Source of the DNA: Bugula neritina
Lineage: Eukaryota > Animalia > Bryozoa
Reading direction: 5' to 3'
Assembly: GCA_964035545.1 (NCBI GenBank)
Contig: OZ037771.1
Span: forward strand, 14,011,133 to 14,075,132
DNA: 64,000 nt
Shown here: in pieces, positions 1-12,578 of the stretch
How the letters are laid out: the number at the start of each line of letters is the position of its first letter
Position numbering within the stretch: the stretch's first letter is position 1
The notes under the pieces: model-generated
The model's input: only the letters and a program-made list of their open reading frames with translations
What the model was told of the DNA's origin: nothing
Database searches by the model: none
Translations under genes and position numbers: made by a program

Positions 1-1220
1 CTTCAAACAGGTTCGCAGTGAATGTATATATAATAAATTATGTTATCAGTCTGTATTTTCAAAGTTCTCATGTTCAAATAAACATACAATATATTTTAAT
101 GTAACTCAACTCAAAGGCTGTCTTGTTTTCTCATTAACTGCATTTCCATTGCTTAGCATTATGTGATTGGATTTTTGAACTCATGTTTGGGAACAGTTGT
201 ATAGAATGAAATCACAACCATAAGTTAGCGCAGACTGCAATGGAAACAGACTGCAATGGAAACTCAGTGATTAGCCTGTCAACATTTACTTCTGCATAGA
301 TTTTATGACCAACAGAAATGTTTATATACTTGAAAATGAACTTGAAATGTTCAACAGAATTTCTTTCAAATAATTTGCTATGTTTATTTTGATTATTCCA
401 TCTGCTAAAAAGACAAGAAATATACATTACGTTAGCAGAAATTAAAGAATAGGTTGATGTGAAAATGTCTACTTCAAACCACTCAAAGACATCTGAAATA
501 TATTGCAGTGGTTTTCTTAGAAACCATTAAAATTAGCCATTCTCAGGTTATTTTTATGGTACATGCACACACACATCTCAATCTGTGGACAGCTGCTGTG
601 TCAGGATTCGCCCTCTCATGTACTCCACACAAAACATGTTAAAAATCAATATATTTAAATTTATACAATTAACGCATTTTGTATAGGAATAACAAAACTA
701 GAAAGGTATACTCTAGAAAAATAGATAGTTTTCTAGGTTTCTGTTGAAAAAATTCTTTAACAACTACAAAACAGTATGGCACCGGGCAATAATATAAACC
801 TGACCAAATCTGCATCAACATGAATGAAGTCTTGTCAAATCTTTATTTGCTCCATCAAATAGGTTCACTCACTGCTTTCTGTCCGCCTCTTATTAAACTT
901 CAACATGACGAGCTCAGCGGGCAACATGATGACAACCCTAGCTTGAAACTTCAATGGTCTTTCCTGGCATCAAAGTGAAAAAAGAAATTTTACAAACAGT
1001 GCAGCTTTTTAAAGTTACAGTAAAATCTTCTTTCCTGTGAGTTTAGTGAGTTTATTCACTATGAATACTAGCAAAATTTTAATATATGTTCTCAAACTTT
1101 GTACTTACGGGCGTTTCCTCTCACCCCTCAATAATAAATTATTTGAGAACAGAAACTACAGATATCTTCATTTCTATCAGTGCAAGACGACTCCCAATAC
1201 ATTGTCTTTTTCAAAATCCA

Positions 1221-4200
1221 AAGTTTTACTTGTGTCATTTTTTTCCAAACATCATATAAAGCTTCTCACCTCTTATAATAGCAAGTTGAAATAATAATAT
1301 AGCTGCATAGTATCATAACAGAATGATGTAATATATAAGTTATATGGTGATAGGAGCAACAATGTGTTGTATATTACTAGAATTGTCTCCCTTGCAATTG
1401 TATCCACTTCAAGTGCTGGTAATGAGTGTAAAATACTTATGGATCACTAAGTGTATATGAGAAGATAGTTTAAAGTAGAAGTGTTTAACATTTACAAATA
1501 TGTTACAAAATATTATCACATAATAGATAATAATAGTAAAACAAATATCAATAAAATAATATGCACACACTTAATAGTGAAGCTATATACTGTAGGTTGT
1601 ATATCATGACTGTACACTGAAGATAATAGTAAAACAAATAAGCAGATTATATATCAAGTGGTATATTAACACACTTAATAGTGAAACTATAATGTTGTAT
1701 ATCGCGACTGAAGATAATATTCAATAACTCATGCAATATGGAGTTGTAATATGGGTTGTATAATCACATAATATACTAATATCAAGTAGTACACGTGTGG
1801 AGTATACAATGGGGTTAAAGTTTGCATGGTATAAATGACAGAGTAAATTTTGTGCAGGTAATTGCATTGTACAAATGGAAAATTATACAAATGTACCACA
1901 TTTTCAAACTTGTGGTTTAGAGTTGAAAAGGTGGGTTTGGGTTTTGTGGTTTGGGAGGGTTGAGTGGTGGGTTTAAGTTAGGCGTAGGGAAATTTGGAGT
2001 TAAGGTGGAGTTTTTGGTTTGGGGTTTGAGTTTGGGCAAATATACCATCAGAGTCCCATTTTATTTAACTCTTTATTTGTGCCAAGGTGATGTCTGTGCT
2101 ATATATTACATGCCACTTTTACCTATAATAAAATAAATACAAGAAGCTTCAGACATTGAACGTTGCTGCAAGAAAGTTGACAAACACCATATAGGTTAAA
2201 TCTAGAGTAGTTTTCAAATGCTACATAATAATATTGTCCATTACAGACTAACTCTAAGTCTTCAAGTGTTGAGAGAGTAAACAGATGTGTATCAGAGACT
2301 ACGTCAGTCAGTTTTATCTAAACTCATAGTATAACTATATATAGTAACTTTCCAGAGGGTATAATAGCGGTCATATTATACTGCTGACGTACAAGATAGA
2401 CACCTGGACTTTCACAACTGGTTGTTTAAAATACTATCTTCTTTACCTCATCATCCATTTAATGAATTGTAAATATAATATTAAGGTGGCTTTAGCTATA
2501 ATACATAGGACAGTTTGCACAGGTACAAGGAGCACAAGTAATAAATTAATAGCACAAATGAAAAAGTAAGCAAAATGGAATATTTACATCTTGCCCAGAT
2601 CCAAATCTTCAGCCTCCAATATTCCCATGTACCCAAACCCTTCACTCCTAGCCTACCAGTTTACCAAACTCCAAATGAGGGCCCAAACCCCAAACCCTTA
2701 AACCCCTAAACCCCAAATCTTATGATCTTCAAACCTCCAAACCCAAGCCCCAAACCCCATGCCTCTAAACCCTAACCCTCTACTAAAAACCCAAACCACT
2801 AGACTCCTAACCCCATAACCCCGAATTCTATAGCTTTCAAACCTTCAAACCCCAAACCCTCAAACCCCTCCTTATAATATACTTCCAACTCCAACCCCAA
2901 ATCACATTACTAAAATTTTCTAATTATGCAATTAATTATAAGCAGTGCGAATTTACCCTTACTTATATTTGTATTGTGTCATTATAACCAGTGCAGCTAT
3001 AGTTTTACTTGTGTCATTTTTCCCCCAACATCATATAAAGCTTCTCACACCAAATGATAATAACAAGTTGAATTAATAATATAGATGGTGCCATAACATA
3101 ATGATGTAATATATAAATGCTATGGTGAAAAGAGCAACAATGTGGTATAATATTAGAATTGTCTCCCTTGCAAATGTAATCACTCTATATGCTGGTAATG
3201 AGTGTAAAATACTCATGCTCATGCTATATGGAGTTAATGCAACATGAATTGTATAATCACATAGTATTCTGATATCTTTGCAATCATGGTACATGTGAAG
3301 TAGAGAATGGGGTCAAAGTTTAAAAAACCTTATAATAAATGGTCTCGGGTAAGAATGGCACAGGCAAAGGTTTGCACAGGTAAAAATAGCAAAGAAAAAG
3401 TGGTACAGATAATAATGGCAGCAGTAATATAATGGCACAGACGGAAAAGGATGGGAAATTGTGAAAAAATTTAATATTAGGGCTTGAGGTTTCGGATGGG
3501 ATTAGTTGGGACTGGAGATTAGGGGTTTGAGGTTGGAGTTAGAAGTTGCATGGAGGCTTAACTTTGCATGGTGGGGGTTTGGGTTTTGGGTAAATATAAC
3601 ATCAGTGTGCCATTTTACCAGCTTTTCTATTTGTGTCATAGTGTTTTCCCATGCTGTTATTTACTGTTTCATTGTTGCCTGCTACATTTATTGTGTGCCA
3701 CTTTTATCTATATAATCAAATGAATACAATAAGTATCACAAATTAAAAGTTGCTGCAAAAAAATTGACAAACAGCTGCACGCAGGTAAAAACTAGAGTAG
3801 TTTTTATAAAAGCTGCCTGATAAATATTGTCTAGGTAGACTAACTCTAAGTCTTCAAGTGTTGAGAGAATGTGCAGACATATTATAACATAGTAGATATA
3901 TCAAATAGTATATATACACACGCACTTAATACGGATACTATGTTGTATATTATGACTGAACACTGAAGATAATATTCAATAACTCATGCTATACGAAGTT
4001 AATGTAACATGGGTTCTACAATCACATAGCATATTCTGGTGCATTAGTACACATGCGGAGTATACAATGGGGTTAAAGTTAGCACATGCAGAAAAATTTG
4101 GAATAGTGGTACAAATAGAAAATTAGGTAAATATGCATCAGTTTCAAAATTGGTGTTTGGGGTTGAAGGGTTTGTTTAGGGGCTTGAGGTTTGGGGTGTA

Positions 4201-7200
4201 GGGTTCAGGGTGTAGGGTTCAGGGTTTGAGGCTGAAAGCTTGAAGTTTAAGATTTGGGTTTTGGAGTTTGGGGGGTTTGGATTGTGGGTTAAGGTAAGAG
4301 TAGGGCTTTAGAATTGGGGTGGGGTTTTTGGTTTGGGGTTTGAGTTTGGGCAATTATGACATCAGCTAATTTGCCATTTTACATACATTTGTATTTGTGA
4401 CAGTTTCCCATGCAGTCATTTACTGTTTCAGTGTTGCCTGTGCCATTCATTGTGTGCCACTTTTAGCTATGATCAAATTTATATAATAAGCATCACACAT
4501 TAAAGTTTGCTGCACAAAAGTCGACCAACACTATGTAGGCTAAATCTAAAGTAGTTTCTATAAAAGCTGCCTGATAAATATTGTCCAGGCAGACTAACTC
4601 TAAGTCTTCAAGTGTTGAGAGAATAAACAGATGTGTATCAGAGACTACGTCAGTCAGTTTTATCTAAACTCATAGTATAACTATATATAGTAACTTTCCA
4701 GAGGGTATAATAGCTGTCATAATATACCGTTGACGCACAAGGTAGACACCTGGGCTTTCACAGCTGATTGTTTAAAATATTATCTTTTTCACCTCACCAT
4801 CCATTTAATTATATTGTAAATATAATATTAAGGTGCCTTAAGCAATAATGCATACTATAGTTGGTACAGGTACAAATAAAACAATTAGTAAAAATAGCAC
4901 AAGTTAAAAAAATAAATTAAAAAGAATATTGATGTTAATTGTGCTCAAACCCAAACCACTATATATACTGCTCTATAACCCCTAAACCCAAAAACCTATA
5001 GCTTTCAAAACTCCAAACCCTCAAACCCTTCTCTATACTCCCAGCTTCAATCTCAAATCACACTATAATAAAATGTGCTATTCATTTAGTTTCCAATTGT
5101 GCAATTATTTATAACCAGTGCGAATTTACCTGCATTATTTCTATTGTGCCAATTAACCAGTGCAGCTATAGTTTTACCTATGTCATTTTTTACTAAACAT
5201 AATATATAACCTCCCACATCATATTATGAGAGCAAGTTGAAGAAATAATATATATGTTAGAATGATGTAATATATAAATGATATGGTGAAAAGAGCAACA
5301 ATGTGGTATAATATTAGAATTGTCTCCCTTGCAAATGTAGTCACTTTAAGTGCTGGTAATGAGTGTAAAATACTTATGAATCACTAAGTATATATGAGAA
5401 TATAGTTTAAAGTAGAAGTGTTTAACATTTACAAATATGTTACAAAACATTATCACATTGTAGATATATCAAATAGTATAAAGAGTATATCAAATAATAT
5501 ATGAATTAGTATATCAAATATTGTAAAAGCACTTAATAGTGAAACTATGCTATATATCATGACCAAACATTGAAGATAATATTCAATAACTTCTGCTATA
5601 TTATATGGAGTTAATGTAACATGGGTTGTATAATCACATAGTATATACTAGTGCATTAGTGCACATGTGGAGTATACAATGGGGTTAAAGTTCGCATGGT
5701 ATAAATGGCAGAGTGAATTTTGTATAGCATAGTACAAACGGAAAATTATACAAATGTACCACATTTTCAAACTTGTGGTTTGGGGTTGAAGGCGCGGGTT
5801 TGGGTTTTGTGGTTTGGGAGGGTTGGATTGTGAGTTTAAGTTAAGTGTAGGGCAATTTGGAGTTAGGGTGGGGTTTTTGGTTTGTGGTTTGAGTTTGGGC
5901 AAATATGACATCAGAGTCCCATATTACCTAACTTTTCATTTGTGCAAAGGTGATGCCTGTGCTATATATTACATGCATGCACTTTTACCTATAATCAAAT
6001 AAATACAAGAAGCATCATATATTAAAATTTGCTGCAAGAAAATTGACAAACACCGCATGTGAGTAAAATATAGAGTAACTTAGTTTCTAAAAGCTGCCCA
6101 ATCGATATTGTCCAGGCAGACCAACTCCAAGTCTTCAAGTGTTGAGAGAATAAACAGATGTATTAGAGCCTACGTCAGTCAGTTTTATCTAAACTCATAA
6201 TATAACTATATATATAGTAACTTTCCAGAGGGTATAATAGCTGTCATATTATACTGCTGACGTACAAGATAGACACCTGGACTTTCACAGCTGGTTGTTT
6301 AAAATACTATCTTCTTTACCTCATCATCCATTTTGTGAATTGTAAATATAATATTAAGGTGGCTTTAGCTATAATACATAAGGCAGTTTGCACAGGTACA
6401 AGGAGCACAAGTAATAAATTAATTGCACAAATGAAAAAGTAAGCAAAATGGAACACTTAAGTCTTGCCCAAATCCAAACTTTCAGCCTCCAATATTCCCA
6501 TGTATCCAAACCCCTCACTCCTAGCCTACCAGTTTACCAAACTCCAAATGAGGGCTCAAACCCCTAACCCCAAACCCCAAACCCCTAACCCCAAACCCCA
6601 AACCCAAGCCCCAAACCCCACCTCTAAACCCTAACCCTCTACTACAAACCCAAACCACTATACTCCTAACCCCATAACCCCGAATCCTATAGCTTTCAAA
6701 CCTTCAACCCCAAATCACATTATTAAAAATTTTCTAATTATGCAATTAATTATAACCAGTGTAAATTTACCCTTACTTATATTTGTATTGTGTAATTATA
6801 CCCAGTGCAGCTATAGTTTTACTTGTGTCATTTTTTCCAAACATCATATAAAGCTTCTCACCTCTTGTAATAGCAAGTTGAATTATTAATATAGCTGGTG
6901 CCATAACCGATTGATGTAATATATAAATGATATGGTGATAGGAGCAACAATGTAGTGTAATATTAGAATTGTCTCCCTTGCAAATGTAGTCACTTTATAT
7001 GCTGGTAATGAGTGTAAAATACTTATGCTCAAGCTATTTAATGCAACATGGATTGTATAATCACATAGTATTCTGATATCTTTGCAATCATGGTACATGT
7101 GAAGTAGAGAATGGGGTCAAAGTTTAAAAACCCTGAATAAATGGTCTCGGGTAAGAATGGCACAGGCGCAAGTTAGCACAGGTAAAAATAGCAAAGAAAA

Positions 7201-7643
7201 AGTGGTGCAGATAATAATGGCAGCAGTAATATAATGGCACAAATGGAAAATGATGGGAAATTGTGAAAAAAATATTAACATTAGGGTTTGAGGTTTCGGA
7301 TGGGATTAGTTGGGACTGGAGATTAGGGGTTTGAGGTTGGAGTTAGAAGTTGCATGGAGGCTTAACTTTGCATGGTGGGGGTTTGGGTTTTTGGGTAAAT
7401 ATAAAATAAGTGTGCCATTTTACAAGCTTTTCTATTTGTGTCATAGTGTTTTCCCATGCTGTTATTTACTGTTTCACTGCTGCCTGCTACATTTATTGCA
7501 TGCCACTTTTATCTATATAATCAAATAAATATAATGAGCATCACAAATTAAAAGTTGCTGCAATAGAAGATTGACAAACACCTGCATGCAGGTGAAGTCT
7601 AGAGTAGTTTTTATAAAAGCTGCCTGATAAATATTGTCTAGGT
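1221..7643. repeat. Tandem array of composite repeat units (segment 1), Helentron/DINE-1-like ends, with a ~3.8 kb higher-order duplication
   Basis: Conserved junction AGACTAACTCTAAGTCTTCAAGTGTTGAGAGAATAAACAGATGTGTATCAGAGACTACGTCAGTCAGTTTTATCTAAACTC at ~2245, 4591 and 6118, truncated at 3837 and 7643. C-rich (AAACCCC) and G-rich (GGGGTTT) arms alternate. ORF-track look-alikes 1951/5814, 3073/6886 and 3506/7310 are offset by ~3.8 kb. Confidence 0.92.
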
Positions 7644-8155
7644 CAGGGCTGTCCAACAGGCGGCCCGGGGCCGGATCCGGCCCTCCAGCTATATTTGTGT
7701 GGCCCCCCCCCCCAAGGTATAGCAAGTTACAAATTTTTGTTCATCAAATTTGCTAACTATAGCCTGAAACAGCAGCACATAGGATAGTTGAGAACATCCC
7801 ACTAAGAATTTCTATTAAAATGTAGTTTAAGTTCTTCTACAATACTGTTCTGTGGGTGGCATGCGTGTTGCCTACTTATCATTGTTTAGCCTGAGATCAA
7901 ACTACAACTAATACCAATGAACTCAATAATTATTAATTGGAATGGGTACGATTGTACTTTGTAATGCAACCTCGTTGCCGATTGGCTTTGTGAGCCCGAG
8001 CATGCTCTTTTTCTAGCGGGAGAAAATAGAGCCGGTCGTCCATCATTTCGATTGAGTGAATCTCACTTTTAAACTTTGTTTTTTGTCCTGCTTTATATCT
8101 GAAGCGACTATATTTTTATTTAATTGTGTTTTCTATCACCTCTACTTCGTTAAAC

Positions 8156-8876
8156 ATGTCGAATTCTCCGTATCCTAAGCAAACTAAGGGTCAAAGAAGC
8201 AAGACCACTGAGTCTCAGTGTTAATGTTATGCATACAATTGCCGCAACTACCAGTACAGCAGTTACATAAAGACAAAAAAATCTCTTTTCACAAGTAAGT
8301 ATATGGCTTTAGTTACAACAATCAGTGAAAGTAATACATGAACTAGCGTAACAGTAGGCTTAATAGTTGTGGTAGCGGTGCTGCTGCCTACTAGTAGTAC
8401 TAGTACTAGTAGTACTCTACTACTAGTACTACTACTACTACTAGTAGTACTAGTAGTAATACTAATACTAATAGCTAAGGCTAATGGCTAATGTTATACT
8501 TACAGTATCAGTATGATAGTACAACTACTACTACTACTGCTGCTACTACTACTACTAGCCTACTGCTACTACTACTACTACTACTAGTACTAGCCTACTG
8601 CTACTACTAGTACTACTACTACTAGCCTACTGTTACTACTACTACTAGCCTACTACTACTACTAGCCTACTGCTACTACTAGCCTACTGCTACTACTACT
8701 ACTAGCCTACTGCTACTACTAGCCTACTGCTACTACTACTACTAGCCTACTGCTACTACTACTACTACTACTAGCCTACTGCTACTACTAGTACTACTAC
8801 TACTAGCCTACTGTTACTACTACTACTAGCCTACTGCTACTACTAGCCTACTGCTACTACCACTACTAGCCTACTG

Positions 8877-8968
<92 letters not shown>

Positions 8969-10290
8969 GCTGCTGCTGCTACTTCTACTACTAACCTACT
9001 GCTACTACTAGCCTACTGCTACTACTACTACTAGTAAAGCGCTACTTTGGCAATGCAGTTATAATTGAGTGTTGAACTAATATCTTTATTGTGTCATCTA
9101 CTCAGGTGTCTCTTGCTACCCAGTTGCTGTCAGCTTCAGTGGCTGACTCACTAGATACGCTGAAACAGTTGGGACTCTCTAAATTCCAGCAGTGTGATGC
9201 TACCATCAACTTCATTAGGGTTTGTTACAGCTTTTGGTTTTATTTCTTTAAAATACTGTAACTGCAATCGTCCCATGTTCTGCTGATGTTACTTTTTCTG
9301 TAGCGAGTTGATCGGTTGTTTGACATCCTGAATAGTCGATCAGCAATAGCTAAAGGCTACAAGCAGCCTTTACATCTAAATGGTATCAGTGTCATCACTC
9401 CTTTTCTGAAAGATACACGGCAATATTTGCTAGGCCTAAAGAATAATGAAAAGATACCTCTGTACAAGACCAAAAGGTAAATTTCCTATTACCATAGAAA
9501 GTGTTACTTGCTTATATTTCAGATCTAATATGTGCCTGTCCCTATTTGTGTTATTTGCAGACATGTTTGTATTACTGGACTTGTATGTGCCATTGACACA
9601 GTATTTGGGTTGGTGGAGAAACTGTTGGTGCCTAAAACGCTCGACTATCTGCTAATGTATAAATTTTCGCAAGACCATTTAGAGCTGTGGTATGCTATAG
9701 CTCTAAACTGCTATGCATGAAGCCCAGTCTGCATGCACTTATGTTAAGATGTTCATTTGTTCTCTTGCTCTCTTATCTCTTTCCTTCAGGTGTTCGGTTT
9801 TTCACTTTGCTTTGATAGGTGCAACTAAGATGGTCGGTTGGACCAACTGTGTTGAAAAGTGAATTTTTTTGCATGAGCTTAGCGGTTAAAATGCATGCAA
9901 TATGAAGTAAATTTTATTAACTTTTGAATACCAAGAGACAAAGATAATGAATTTTCAAAAATTTCCAAAACTGTGGTGTCAAAGCAATTGTGCATTTTTT
10001 AATTAAATGACTTTTTTGGCTTAATTGCATGCAAGGTTTTGCTTGTGTTCTAAAAAACATCATTTTTTCTGGGTAAACATAATCCAATCATTAATTGTGA
10101 ACAGGCAATTGATGTCCAAGCATTTTTTTAATATCTGTTCTAGGTGGATGGAATAATAACGCATCTGTAACTGGCTTTCAGTCTATCTTTAGAAAATTGG
10201 TGACCCGATGTGGTGTACATCCAGGCAACTCAGGAAATTCTAAGCCATTAGATAGCACAACTGTTATTCATGGAGACATCATTAGGCATC
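8156..10290 (+). pseudogene. Spliced THAP9/P-element-like transposase pseudogene
   Basis: Exon 8156-8294 has a THAP start (CYAYNCRN...KISFHK) with a stop and a frameshift. Exons 9106-9219 VSLATQLLSASVADSL..FQQCDATINFIR, 9304-9476 RVDRLFDILNSR..AKGYKQPL, 9561-9689 YLLMYKFSQDHLELW, and 10144 onward GWNNNASVTGFQSIFRKL. GT-AG boundaries; the central part of the transposase is missing. Confidence 0.9.
8385..9035. repeat. (CTA)n / CTAGCCTACTGCTA compound microsatellite in the transposase intron
   Basis: Directly visible, including a pure (CTA)n run at ~8878-8967. Confidence 0.97.
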
Positions 10291-12578
10291 GAAAATCATC
10301 ATTTCTCCCTTTTAAATTTACTCATTGAAGTATATTATGACTTATTTCAGCACCACATTGCTAAACTAACAAATATTGCTATGCACAAACTAAATTTTAG
10401 GCAATGTAGCAACAAAAGTGTACTGTTTAGAGGCCAGTAATAAGGATGTGGGTAATTAATCGTTTAGAAGTTATTACAACAGTATTTATATTATAACATT
10501 AGATGATAACAAATATTGTTATTGCAATATAATATTATTTTTTGTTTATTCTGTAATTCCATTTTAATCACTTATTGCTTTCAGATTAGCACTTGAAAAC
10601 AGAATTTAAAACTTTGAAAGGTTTAAGGAAATCTGTTACTTGCCTGTGTTGTAAAGCTGGGTCTTACCACCGGTTTTTTTATATTATTTATAAACTTTTA
10701 TACTTGTTATCCTTACTGCCAGTGTTCATGTACTAAGGCTGAAATTTGCTTTGCTGTTGCTTTTCATTTAATTTTGACTAATGTGTTGATCTAATCAATA
10801 AATATGTAATGCATTTGTTAGGTTATTAAAGTTATTATCATATATACTTGAGGTACATGCTTCATAAAATGATAATTAGTCATGAAATTACAAATACCAA
10901 AAGTAAAATAAACAAAATAATTGGTTCCTGCTTCACATTGCTGAATTTTCATTATTTTTTAGTATTTACCTCAATATATAAGCTCTAATAGCTTGCATTT
11001 ATAATGGATTTTACTACTACTGCGTGCAAAACAAGTAGGCGTGGTTAAGTTTTCCATGTTAAGGCGGAGCTAAACTATTTGGCCACGCTAAAACGTCCTT
11101 GGCCTCTCCAGGTCTATTCCAGCTCAGTGACTAATACCACCAAGCTAGTCATGATAGCCTGCTAGCTAGCAAGCCTGTGACTTATAGTAATGTAGACCCC
11201 TATATTATATTATGCTCATCTCTACGCGTTCACCGAAGTGTGAAGTGATGCACAGTGTTTACTGCTTAAAAAGAAATACACCATTTCCAGTGTATAAATC
11301 CACAATTTATATAAAATTTAAAAGTCATTGACTTTTTATTCAGATATCATGTTTTCCTGCTAAGATATTTTACTGGGACTACAAAAATCAACTTTGAAGC
11401 AAAATTAGCCAAAAATGTGCAGGTTTTTTCCTATAACTTTGCAAAGGAATGAAAAAATTCCAAAAAAGCTTCACTGAGAAAAAATACGATTCAGACCAAA
11501 GTTTTTAAATTTTGATTCTAGTAGCCTTCAATTAAATAAGATTGTTTTTATTGGTACTGAATTTTACACAGTTACAATGCAAACCTTAGCATGGCAGTTG
11601 CAGCTAAAAAGTTGCCCTTAGCTATCCTGTGCAGACAGATATTTTAAAGACATTTAATCAGGACAGGCCATATAGAGACAAGACTTTTTTAAAAGTATAG
11701 CTAAGATCTCATTTTTATTGATTGTATTGTGAAAGATAAGTAGTTGAAGAATCCCTGACACACTTCACTTATGCAGTACTAAAATATTATTGTGTATATG
11801 TTAGTTTTCATTTACATACTGTTTTAAGATTAGATGCCTAAACAATTTTTGTTTTATAATGAATTTTGTTCGAGTATGTACTGAAATGATATGGGGTTTG
11901 TGATCGCCTTGACCTTTGACCTTTGACTACTTGTTAGATGCTGCACTGAGATCGCTTGAAGGTTTGAACTTTGAACTTTTAATTTTCAGTCAAATGAAAT
12001 ACACAAAATAAATAATACACTTCACTCACTAGTCAGCACTTAGTCCAGCAACTAAGGGTTATATGTTCTGATACAAAACCAGATATTAACAGAATTGTTC
12101 AAGGCAAACAGTACTCACTATGTACTCACAAGTGTTTCACTGATGGTTGTAAACTATAACTATACTGGTAATAGTACAGACTCTTAGCACTGGCACATCT
12201 TGTTTAAATTTGCATGTGCAATCATGAATATATACCTTGTATGTATATATGTATAATTTTTTATGCGCAAACATAAATGCATATATATAATTATTGATTA
12301 TTAAAGTAATAAAAATGAAATGTTTCTTGTTTACCTATTTTAACTAAATGCATATATACACACATACACACACATAAATAATATATATTTATTTAAATAT
12401 GTTATGATTTTAATAAACATGCAAAGCCTAGCCCTCGCTTATAATTACACTACATATAGCCTGCAGATGTTTAATGAATCTTGAAAATTGATTTTAAAAA
12501 CAGAAAAAATGTTGTGGCCCCCAGCTCAAGCTGAAACTTGCAGACTGGCCCTTGGTCTGAAAAGGTTGGACACCTCTG

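Larger units (their letters stand above)
7915..11129 (+). mobile_element. Internally deleted P-element-superfamily transposon
   Basis: Perfect 8-bp TSD ACTAATAC at 7907-7914 and 11130-11137. Termini CAATGAACT...AGCTCAGTG (7/9 inverted match). Encloses THAP and P-transposase exons. Confidence 0.85.
7644..12578. mobile_element. Non-autonomous hAT (Buster/Charlie-like) DNA transposon carrying nested elements
   Basis: TIRs CAGGGCTGTCCAAC (7644) and GTTGGACACCTCTG (ends 12578), 12/14 match. Subterminal GCGGCCCGGGGCCGGATCCGGCCC and TGTGGCCCCC motifs are typical of hAT ends. The array resumes directly after 12578. Confidence 0.85.

Noticed and set aside
3820-3870. U7 snRNA or SL RNA suggested by AATATTGTCTAG
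   Set aside because: Not a match to the U7 Sm site, lies inside the junction hairpin, and there is no leader donor or proper 3' stem.
4150-4350. Interstitial telomere
   Set aside because: Only scattered TTAGGG within degenerate GGGGTTT tracts that are internal to a repeat module.
1951-7528. Recurrent short ORFs (MGGL..., MYHDC..., MGLEIRG..., also 31520)
   Set aside because: Chance ORFs in repeat arms with variable frames and stops between copies, several with non-ATG starts.
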